Shown here: positions 1 to 11,400 of the stretch, in pieces
Numbering within the stretch: position 1 is the first letter of the stretch
Layout: each line of letters begins with the position of its first letter
Assembly: GCA_965235115.1 (NCBI GenBank)
Contig: OZ249436.1
Coordinates: 34,598,001 to 34,662,000 of the forward strand
Direction: 5' to 3'
Source: Laetmonice hystrix
Taxonomy: Eukaryota
Length of the DNA stretch: 64,000 bases
Notes under the pieces: model-generated
What the model saw: the letters and a program-made list of their open reading frames with translations, nothing else
Database searches by the model: none
What the model was told of the DNA's origin: nothing
Made by a program: the position numbers and the translations under genes

Positions 1-70
1 AATTTGATTCGCTTAAATGGTTTTGATAAATCAAAGATTATTTTTCATGTAAGAAGATTCCCGCCCCCAT
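1..70. mobile_element. Fragment related to the terminal repeat of the Tc1/mariner-like element at 35000-35680
   Basis: tttgattcgctt...catgtaagaagattccc matches 35565-35625. Confidence 0.5.
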
Positions 71-1133
71 GAAAGGTGATTTTTTAAATGTTTTCTTCCC
101 TAACAAGTTTTGCCCAAACATCCACAACCCCAACGCCAACCATGCAGGCCGGTGGGGGTTTCGGGGGTGGGAGTGGCCCACTGGGGCTGGGTGGGGGAGG
201 ATATAGGTATAATGTTAGGCCTATACCAAGAATATTGCCGCTATACTGCATGGCAAGGCCTACATGTGAAGTACATGTAGGCCCTACCCGCTAGACTCTA
301 TACAATGTCTACCTTACAATAAACTTAATAAATATAAAGCAAACAAAACGCTTAGCCTTTTCCTTGAACCTTGGCCTCTGCTCCAGATTCATCCTCGAGC
401 AGGAGACATGCATTTTTACTGTTTAATCCCTATTTAGTACCAGCCTCTGGTGCCAGGTTTTCATAACCTCGGGTAACTGACCTCGCATTTTACGACGGAG
501 GTCGCCTTCATCATCTGCCAGATCGTGACCATGGGGGGCAGCGTGAAGGAAAAACTCTGTCCACAGGGGCGTTCAGGGGGCGACGCCTAATGGCGTTGTG
601 GGAGAGCACATGGGGAATTTTTCAAATGCGACGGTTCGCTCGGATTCAATGCCGATTCTAACTCTCTGTCATGATTTCTACTTACAATGAAATGCCCCTG
701 TCAATGTGCATAACTCCTGGCGACGGCGACTGCTTCGCATACGTGCAGCAAGCGGTCCCTGGTTAAGGTATCACAATGCTATATTAGCAAACCACGTGTG
801 TGTTTATTATTGGCGGGGACGACTCGGTAAACTGGTTATCGTCAGACGGCGTCAAGAAAATGTTGCCATGATGTTGCTATAAATCTGGGCTGACCCAAGT
901 TGGAGAGGGGCGATCACAGGTAGACAGTTCCAAAATGAATATGTGTCAAACAAATAAACACAATATTATACTTCATTAGGAACACTCCAAAATGAAGTTA
1001 GGCCTAGTAGGCCTACATGCCCCTAGCCTAGCCTACAGCTCTTTAAAAAATGGAAATATATAAGGCTTGACCTATTTATACATTTTTCGTCTTGGTCTAA
1101 TTTTATTTTCGTTATATCTCTTCCCCTCTATAG

Positions 1134-4100
1134 GTTGTGGTAAACGTAGTCAACAATTTGCGAACGTCTGGGGTGACGATTCACTGGCATGGCTTGTCTC
1201 AAAAGATGACTCCATGGATGGACGGCGTTCCCTTCATCACCCAGTGCCCCATCCATCCGAGCCAGTCATTCACCTACAGGTTCAGAGCGCAACCTAGCGG
1301 CACCCACTGGTACCACTCGCACCTGGCCAGCCAGCGCCTTGACGGTCTCAGTGGGGCGTTTATCGTCCACGAGCGGAAGCCATCCATGCCGTATTTTGTC
1401 GTCAGCGTCACCGACTGGTTTCCATGGGAGGCTCGAACCCTGGACGCCGCCACCCCGTTCCAGAAAGAGGTCGAGTACCAAGGAACCGGCGACTTGTTCT
1501 TCCTCGCTCACGCCGACCGGGGTTATTCAGCAGATGCTGTGGAGACGACAGCTGTGACGTATCACTCTGCGCTCATCAATGGCCGTGGACGATGGAATGA
1601 CGAACCGTTTCCGCTGACCGTTTTCACAATACAGAAGGACAGAACGTACCGCTTTAGGACTGTGAACTCAGCCGCCGAGTTTGCCTTTGAGATCAGTATT
1701 GACGATCATCATTTGGTGGTTGTCGCCCTGGATGGCTGCGAAATCGTACCTATGGAAGTTCATGCAGTAATAATATTCCCAGGAGAACGGGTGGACTTTG
1801 AGGTTAAAGGAAAGGGGACAGCCGGGCATATCTATTGGTTTAGAGCAAGAACGTTGCGTATAGGTTCTGGAGGGGGCAAAGTTCCAAACCCCAAGGAAGA
1901 TGACATAGTGCAAGAAACAAAGGCTGTAGTGTCCTACGGTGATTTTCTTGAAGGCAATGGCCTTGAACCTACTTCCTTATATATGAACTGTACGTCAGCC
2001 ACGCCCTGTCACATACTGAATTGTCCTTACGAGAGCTACCCCAAGCACAGGAACCGAGTCTGTAGGGACATTGATGAAGCAAGGGCACTGAGGGGTACGG
2101 AATCGATAGAGACATTTCCTGGAGACACAGAATCAGAAATTGACTTCAGTGAATTGTTTTTTAACATTGGTTTTAATTGGGGGTCGTCAATTAATGCCAG
2201 GAGATTCCTAGACCCCGCGGCGCCACTTTACCAGAACCCAAGTGGGGCGAGGCCATGTGACACAGCATGCTCGGATGACAAAACAGGTTGCTTCTGTACT
2301 CACACCATCAAAATTCCTTTCAACAAAACAATCCAGATGGTTTTAACTAATTATCATCATGACGATCCTTACGTCGGCCACCACCCGATGCATATTCATG
2401 GCCATTCATTCGCCGTGTTAAAAATTGGGTTTCCACCCGTGAATTTGACTACTGGTCGGATTTTACGGCCAAATGGTGATGTGAACTGCACTGGTCAACT
2501 GTGCCTCGACGCGCACTGGGCAAATGGCCGACCAAACCTAAACTTGGAGAATCCGCCTATTAAGGATACGGTTGTTGTGCCAGCGCTTGGGTATGTGGTG
2601 ATACGGTTCCGTTCTGACAACCCAGGGCTGTGGTTGTTGCACTGTCACGCTGAGACCCACATGGAAGAAGGCATGGTGCTTCTTTTGGATGGTGAGCATT
2701 ACAAGAGAGTATAGCTAGTGCAAGACTTTCAAAGGAGAAGGGGTCTTATTAACCAAGTGTTAGCAGAAAACGTGCTCAGCCATCGTGTTGGGAATCGAGG
2801 AAGATCTAAGATTTTCCTCCCTGTCAGGATAATTATGGTATATTTCCCCTTCTATGTGGACTTTCTGGCTTCCGATACCCCGGGAGCTATTTTTCATATT
2901 CCTATGCACACGGTACAAATTAGAAGCTCTTCTGTCAGTATTCGCAATAATATTATTTGATGTTCGATTTATACTAGCGAAATCAGATTTCTAATATTGT
3001 CAGCATTATTCTTGGGACAATCACAAGTGCCTTTTTACGAATTCTGGAACTACATTCGTGCTCTACACCACAACAAGATAACGTTCAAACGATTCGCGAC
3101 ATGCCAAATGGCGGCATTCATCGTCTTCGCGTGCACTCCAGCTAGTTTTTGTAATTTTTCCACCACCAGGAAGAATCCATATGAATCAATATAAAAAAAA
3201 TTCAGTTTCATAAAGTATAGGCCTACGTCGGTGGTGAGGAGGTAAGCATTAATTTGAAGATTTCGGTCGATTCCGCGACTGACACATTCCCTTTAAAGGG
3301 AATAGAAATGTTCCTCACTAACGTACCTTTCAACACCAGTAACACAATATAAAGTGTCTAAGGTCACACCGATAAGTGGAACACTGTCAACGGCGACTTT
3401 TTAAAAATACCGCCTGGGTCATACGCTATTTCCCATGCGAGACAGCGGGAGCTATATCTATTAATAGATTGAAATAAGGGCCAAATAGGGTAAACAAACG
3501 GACGAAGCCAGCGGGAGAATGTCTCTACATTTCGGTTGATTATTCCTTTATTAAAGATCAGATAATCACAGAATTGTAGGTAAGAACAAGCTTATTCATG
3601 CTGAACACCCTTATATTGATAGTTTGAACTTTTCTATTTCCTTTAAGCACGAGGTGACATGCAAGGAGACCGTTGCTCCTCAGAATAGCTTTCCTTGCCT
3701 TGTCTATACATAAAAGAAGATTTAAACCCATTTCTTTGAATAGGAAACTTGCCGATCCGAGACCTCAAATTCGCAAATTTTATACCTGCAACACTTCCTT
3801 CTTTGTTGAGTCTGCAAACATCTGTGTTTGTTATGCCACATTTATTTTAAAATCACGCTTCCAATATCCTCAAGCAATCCTCAGGTTATTTTCGTGCGGA
3901 AACAACGGAGGCCGTTCCAAGTGTTAATGCGTGTTAGAAGGTAGACATTTTTTCACTTTACCTTCCGGTCACGTTTTAATTAAATTAAAATTAACCCTTT
4001 CGCACGTTATTGGCTAGCCCCGCAAGAACGTCATTGCAAACACCTTGTATAAAGAAATATTTAATGAGAATTATCTACCAAATTATAAATTTCTCTGCTG

Positions 4101-5628
4101 GTTCCAAGTCCACGCCTATCGATAGGTATTGCACAATTGCCGAGGCAGTACATTGTACGCTGAATATTCTAAGTGACGGTCTTGTTAGAGCTAAGTTTAT
4201 AATTGGATAGTTTTAAAAGGAGTCCTTGCGAAAAGTAGTGAAAAATATACCAAACGCCTATTTTGTCCTAAAGGGGTGAAAGGACATGGGCTTACACTGA
4301 CATTTCTACTTTTAAAACAAACGCTGATTGCTATCTGTTCACTGCCTTTCAAAAGGTAAATTTATAAGGGTCCGTGACCGTTTTTCTCTCCTCTGAAAAA
4401 TATGCACCTTTGTCTACCATATACGCAGTAAAAAAACGTAAAAATTAGTGTTGGCGTATGGGTACAGCAATATTTCTAAACCCTTTACATCTATGTATAG
4501 AGTATAGATCAACATTAATCCCTTTCCGCAAGGTCTACGATCAATACGGTAAGCTCTGCTTAGGGCCTCTCATTGGCTGGTTGAAGCTTCGCAGCAGATG
4601 ATCAGCCAATCAGGGGTCTTAAGCAGAGCTTATGCTAAAATGCTAACCTTTCTGTAACCGGGCCCTGTCGTTGAATTGCATGATGACTGATAATGGAAAT
4701 TTGTTCCCATAATCTGATTTCATTGATTTAATTTCACCGCCAGAGGGCAGCGGACGCTACCCGCCTCCTCCTGCAGGGTTTCCTACATGCCGGAACTTTG
4801 CTTGGAGCGCTGACGAGTACAAGACGTACATGGAACAGTCGGAGACCTACCTCCGAGGGTTGGGCGACATCTGGCGCGAGACCAACGAAAACAATGATAA
4901 TTGTGCTTCCGGTAGGTCATTCATTTTCGTGGTTGATTGGCTAACACCCATACGAGACCCGTGACCAGACTCGTCACTTAGAGGGGGGGGGGGGTGGTTC
5001 ATTCTTAGCCGGTGCTTTCGGGACGTTTTACACAGTATGTACACACAAAAAACTATATTTAAAAATTTATAGTGGGCGAATAATTCGGGAGGGGGGTTGT
5101 TACCCTGATACCAAGGCGAGAAGAAACATCGTATTTGGAAGGCCAAAATAATAGTATTACCCGTTCGGTTAAGTCTTGTGTGTAGGTCTACAAATATGGG
5201 AGGTTTAATTATTCTAGGCCGATCATTTCTATGGCGTTCTACGTTAGTACCAGGGCCGTATAAGCAACCCAAAATTGCGAGAGAGGGCAGACCTAGGTTC
5301 AGAAGGGCACCCTAATCACTTGGATGAATTCACACCTTTAAAAGGGACACTTACTCGTAAAAAAGAACACTTTTCGAAATGATGACTGGGTAGGTACGGC
5401 CCTGAGTACGTATTAACGTAGGTCTAGATACAATTTGTTGTAGCTTTTAAAAAGTGGAGACGATAACGACAGTTGATATTTGTGATTTCAGGGGCCATCG
5501 ACTTCCTTCTCCGGCTGTGTGACATCCTGGGCCTCTTCCTAGGACGACTTTTTCTCGGGGGCCTTGTGTCAGTGTCGCCCTTCATTCTATTTATCCGGTT
5601 TTTAAAGAAGCCAACAAAGAGGACATAG
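1134..5628 (+). CDS. Laccase-like multicopper oxidase, 5'-partial; exons 1134-2691, 4744-4911, 5492-5628 (about 620 aa in window)
   Basis: All four copper-binding motifs are present: HWHG, WYHSH, HPMHIHGH and HCHAETHMEEGM. Canonical splice sites (tatag|GTT at 1134, G|gtgag at 2691, cag|AG at 4744, G|gtagg at 4911, cag|GG at 5492) give consistent phases. Exon 2 reads YPPPPAGFPTCRNF, typical of animal MCO C-termini. The last exon encodes a hydrophobic stretch, then KKPTKRT and TAG. Confidence 0.9.
4220..4537. mobile_element. Short non-autonomous TIR element
   Basis: Ends agtccttgcgaaaag ... ctttccgcaaggtct are imperfect inverted repeats; no clear TSD. Confidence 0.35.
5251..5404. mobile_element. 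MITE with CAGGGCCGTA termini and 5-bp TSD (hAT5-like)
   Basis: TIR cagggccgta...tacggccctg; TSD AGTAC at 5246-5250 and 5405-5409. A related copy lies at about 25225-25365. Confidence 0.75.
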
Positions 5629-7044
5629 GTCAGGGAAGGGGTAGGCCTAAAAATATAACAGTCTGCGGTGAACAGGGTAAGGGCACTCTCTACATGGTTA
5701 ACGTAACCAGGGTGATCCCTCCTTGAGTGGGAGAGTTGCCTTGCCGGAAGAAAAATCTGCCTCGGACTCATCAAGCGACAGAGCTGGAGAACTTGATTCT
5801 CCGACAGATGTCGCTTATGTCGCGGGATTACAGGAGAATGCCAAACGATAGAGTTTAGTTATACGGATGCTCGCCAGGTGGCTATCAGAGTCGTCTTGCG
5901 TTTGGGTCAGGCACGCCTTGGACGGCTAATATACAATCTTGGAATGCAAAAGGCCTTTGACAACAGTTGTCCTTTTCCATTAAAGTAAGATATTAGAAAA
6001 GCGGAAGAGTTGAACACACCACTTTTAGTGAAGTAATACATGTCTCTGAGCTATAACCATTGAGGTCTAGGCCTACAGTTACTGTAAAGTACTGCAAAAC
6101 ATGAAGTTAAACATAAACATAGAACTGCTAAGGAATCCTGGAAGAAACCCTGTCCTAAACTTGGAAGAAATTAGGACGTTTTCACCTAACTTTAAATTAT
6201 TAGGATATTGCACTACCGTAAAATCTACATTGTTCTGCATCGATTTTACATATAATGTCTCCTTTTTAACGGTTTATGTCTGACTGAGAGCATTATATTA
6301 TACAACATGGCTGAAACTTCATAAATATCCAGTAACTAGCACAGCAACGGAAATCGTTATTACATTGATTGTAAAATACAAGCCGCTTTTATTACTCTAG
6401 AGTTAGGATCCATACAAGGGAGTGAGATTAACTTTTAATAATGTCTGCTTAACCCCTCTTATCACAACATGGCAAGTATGCAAGAAATATCACGGGAATA
6501 TAACGACCTGCAATTCATTTAGAATAATACTTTCTGGAAATGCTGCTTCTTCTATCGCACTCCAGACAAGCACACTTTACGACATAAAAATATCATCCTG
6601 ATAATAGATTACTGCCATTTTTGTTATTATCAGATGGACTACCGCACTAGAATATGGCTCATCAATTGACATATAGGTCTCTCGTTATGAATGAATTAAT
6701 GTACATATATGTATTAATGTTTATGGAAGACTTAACATGCAATTTCTCATTATTTGCACGATGACGCGTATTATAATTATGTGCCAACCTATTGTACTGG
6801 AGATGATAAGATAACACTGGGTGTACATATTCTGTAGGTGTGATCTACTACAAATATACACAGAGACAGAAATGCCCTTTCGTACATCGTACATGGCGGT
6901 CCTGCGCAAACCACTGTAATTCTTTTCTTTTTCATAAATCTTACACAATGATAAGCCGGCCTTGCTTCAGAAGACATTGGCATTATGCCGGTATTTGAAA
7001 AAAACACAGGCACACTTGTGACCTTCTTAACAACAGATCCTTAA

Positions 7045-8295
7045 AGGAGACATCTAAGAGTTTTGACGCGTTTTGTGACTAACAAATACTAAGCGAATAC
7101 TAACCTAAATCTTGGCCAAAAGTGTCTAGACGCCTTCCTTAGGTCCATGTGCAACCACAACCATATCATAAACATGTTAAATTTCGTGTGTGAATGTTAT
7201 TTTTTAACAAATAATACACGCCTCAACAGTCGCTTGCCATAGATCTATGCATATTTCTAAAGGCCGCTGTCGGAATTCTGTAATGTGACGTCCTATACGC
7301 AACCTCACTTTGGTTCCGCAGCTTCAGCTGCATTGTTTACAGCACAGACCAACGAGATAAATAAAGCTCTAGACGCTATATCTATCTCATTGGCCCTGAC
7401 TAAGTTATAGTCTGTGGTAGCAGGCAGAGATATGGTATGCTGTGTTGTTTATGGATGCTCAACACAAGCCAAAAACCGTGTGGGATGAGTTTCCACCACA
7501 CTGCGTGTGAGCGTCAATCAGCACGGGTCCCGACTCCCGACCGACCGGTGACAGTTACTGTAGTAGTAGACATGGTTCCGTTGATCATCCTAGATATCTC
7601 CGTCTCCGAGTGGGAATTCCGCAATCCCAATACACAGTTTCTTAAAATGTGTAAATTGTAGAACGTTTAAATACTATTTCCAGTATTTAGATTGTCAACT
7701 AAGAGGTACCGTACGCCTATGCTGGAAGGTACGTAGGCCTACCCAGACATCTCCGCCGGTTCCCTTCGCCGCCCGCACGGCACGGCACTGACAGTATCTC
7801 AGCTTCCCGGCGTCGAGGGCCCGAAGGCCCGGGCGAGTTAGTAGCCCAATAGCGGGCTTTCATTCTAGGTCCTGACAGCCCTGATCCTGTATCTCGTGCC
7901 GTATTCTGCTGGAAATGTCAAGGGATTACGGGCGATCGATTTCTACTGAAAATTGTATTGCAAATATTTCTGGGGAAGACCGCTTGGACCCCCCCACCCC
8001 ACCCCTTTACGTCCGTCGGAAGAGCTTTCAAACACCTCTGGCTCTGTCAAACTTACTCCTCGTGCCCCATTTTTATTTACTCTCTCGAACAAGTAGGCTT
8101 GACAGGGTTGTTGCTGTCTTCAGACACGTTAAACATGTCAAACTTCTCTTCACGGTCGTGTCTAGCCTGTCTACTATAGGCTTAGCACGGCCTAGAAGCT
8201 ACAGTGGGTTGCGTAAATTACGTCACGGCGGTCACGTGACTCAGCTCATTAAAAGTTGGCATCTTACCAAGTCGGAAAACTCTTAGATGTCTCCT
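7045..8295 (+). mobile_element. Kolobok-like non-autonomous DNA transposon with a THAP-domain relic
   Basis: TIR aggagacatctaagagtttt...aaaactcttagatgtctcct; TTAA TSD at 7041-7044 and 8296-8299. A frameshifted MVCCVVYGCS/NTSQKPCGMSFH lies at 7432-7496. Confidence 0.8.
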
Positions 8296-8365
8296 TTAAT
8301 AAACACAGACTAAAGCAGGTCGTTCTTCTGGTTTACAACATAAAAAGACGGACTCCTTGTTTGAG

Positions 8366-8371
8366 TTTATT
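8366..8371 (-). promoter_or_regulatory. Candidate polyadenylation signal (AATAAA) for the Nav2 gene
   Basis: tttatt on the plus strand, about 130 nt past the stop codon. Confidence 0.35.
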
Positions 8372-8498
8372 ATCACAGTCCAGATGAATGAGTAGAGTAT
8401 TATTTACATAATCCGCACGTAGCGAGCGTCCATTACATTGGCAGCATACCGTCCATTATATGGATTATGTCTATGAATGTCTCATCGGTATGCTACAA

Positions 8499-11400
8499 TT
8501 ACACTTTAATGTCGCTGCTCGATGGCAAGACAATATCACTCATGGTCGGTACTCTTAATGTATTTCCCAGTTTCCTTTGCGGAGTCGTAGGCCTACTGGC
8601 CCTGACCACACTGCCCATACTCGAACCACTAGCATTCAGATTGGCAGAGAAAAATGACAACCGGCGCCCACTTTTTGGACTGTTTGATGCAAAACTAGAG
8701 ACACTGGACCTTCTATCCGACCCTTTCTTTGCCTCCATTGCCATTTCGGTAATTTTTCGTATGCTCTGCTGTGCCTTGTGCTTGCGCCACGCGCGCTGAA
8801 GTGTTTTGGCTGCGACGTCCTCTTTCTTACGCCGCATTGTCGTCGAAATCTGAATCTGTGTGACCCGCGTGGGGAAGGCCTCTTTATATTTGTCTTCCAT
8901 CTGCGACTTCAAAGTTCGGAACTCCTCGGAGTCTTCTACGGAACCCAGTACGTATTTTACCAGAGAGGTTAAAATGTCCAAACAATGGAGTCTTTCCCCT
9001 TGCATGATGGGCAGGTCGAACGCCACCAATGCTATCTCGTTGGGTTTTGGTATGCCCAAGGGAAGGTCAAGGTCAGCCACAAGGTCAGATAAGTATTTCA
9101 CCTTGATAAACTGGGTGGCGTGTGGGTCGTAGCGCTCCCACACTACATAAAACATCTCGAAGTCATCTTCAGTGATACCCACCTCCTCCTGCTCGTGAGC
9201 CTGACTGAAGTTCTCCAGGATCACGGCAATGTACATGTTAATCATTAATATATAGGTAAAGAATATGTAAAAGACCATGTAAAGAGCGGCGAAGGTTGGA
9301 AACGTGCAGTCGCCATTGGGCACCTCTTTAATTGTGCCGTCTGGCATGATTCGATGCGTTCCGTTGCAGCCATCGGTCGTCATCATTGGTTCAAGGATGT
9401 CGTTCCAGCCAGCTGCTGTAGTCAGACGAAACAACAGCACAAAACTGCTGTAGAATGTCTCGAAGTTGGATATATCGTCCAGTGCACCTCGGTGTCTGAT
9501 TTCGCCGAATGTCGTCATGCCGAAGATGGAGAATATGAAGATGACTAGTAGAAGAAGCATGCCGATGTTGAACAGGGCTGGCATTGATATAACCAACGCA
9601 AACAGTAACTTTCGTATGCCCTTGGCGGCCTTGATGAGACGCAAGACGCGACCGATACGGAAAACCCGGACAACTCGAAGCAATGTTGGCGTGATGAACA
9701 CGTCACGGAGGAGGTCGTCCAGAATCACGCCTGAAAAGACAACACACTTTAATAAGTGATTTACGGGACATTTGAAAAACTTACTTTTACTATTGCTGAG
9801 ATGTTGAGGTGTGAATATTTAGAGGCTAAACTCGTTAGTTGTGCTATGTGTAATTATCACATGTCACATGTGTACTTTTCATAGAAACTTCGCACCAAGA
9901 CGACTAGTGTGTCCAGTGTTCTCATTCCCTAATTGAAATTTTCAACAAATATTCCATTTTAATAAAATAAAATACCATTCCTTATAGAAGTTAGGCATTG
10001 AGTCAGCTGAACCGCTTACCTATAATTGACAGCACGACGACGATGAGATCAAACACGTTCCACGCCCGGCGGAAGTAGTGCCAGCGAAGACCAATGATTT
10101 TCGCCAAGGCCTCGAGTGTGAAGACAGTGGTAAAAATAATGTTGATGATATCGAGCGCATCACCATATGATACACTCTGGTGGTAATGTTCAAACGCCAT
10201 GGCCACCATGTTCATGAGTATGAGCACAACAATAGCAAGTTCGAATTTCGTGCTGACCGCTACGTCAAAAAAGAACCCTTGGACTTTATTCTGCAAGGAA
10301 AAGGATGATAACATGTTAGTCCACGAAGAAAAGGACATTGTGATGTCCTTTTATATAGACGAAAGGATAGAAGATAGAACGAAAAGAAGGGGGAAAGAAA
10401 AAACATGATATACCGTTAGACTAGAACAGATAGCTAAATGATAGTTTAATGTGTTTGTGCTGCTTCTTATTTTTGTTACTTGATAGTTGAATGTTTTATG
10501 TCTTGGAGTGTTGTTGAAATTATGGACCTTTGGATATTTATATAAACAAATCGGACCAATGCCCCATTTGTTTAAAGTATATATTTTTAGTAACATGATA
10601 CATTCGGCAGGGTGTGATGTCAACTTACCAGGCACCCGTTCTGTCGTCAGAAAGGACAATACGAAGACGTGTTAAAACGATACTTACGTCACAATATTTA
10701 TATTTGGTTACAAGTATAACTTTATATACATTATCAATAAACACGGCTATGACTGCTCGTTACTTGTGAAATCGCCTTCCTTTTCATTATATATTTGTCA
10801 TATGCAGACCGCATTCAATTACGATTGATCGTTACGATTTAAATAATTATCTCGAAGATAATGTCAAATATTCGGCTTTCTTTTCATCCCGGCTAACACT
10901 ACTTTTTCGTCATAAAAATTCTCGGTTAATGCGCTTTACATTATAATCCACTATGTAATCCTCTCGAAGAGCTCAGGAATGTAGGCCAGACAATTAAAGT
11001 TAATTATGCAACTTTAATTACCCAAGACTTTTTCATAACAATTCAAAAAAACTTCTAAAAGCAAACTTATAACGCCATGCTTAATTGAATAATACGAGAC
11101 GAAATATTAGGGTATTTATAGATGATCTCAATTATATTGTACCAGAAGATTTAAAAATATTAAAAACATGATTACCGCAAGCATAACTCTATGGCGAATC
11201 TACGTTAAATCTTAGTGAATAGATATTGATGAAATTTCCTCTGTAAACTAACAGGTCATGGCCATGCATAAAATGATGAATATTTGTTTGGTGGATTCAC
11301 CACATAATTTAATATAAATCCGACTAAACTAATCGCAGAAGAAATTTAAAGAAAGTTAACGGGTGACCATGAAGCAGCAGCTTGCCTACAGCAAAGGGGC

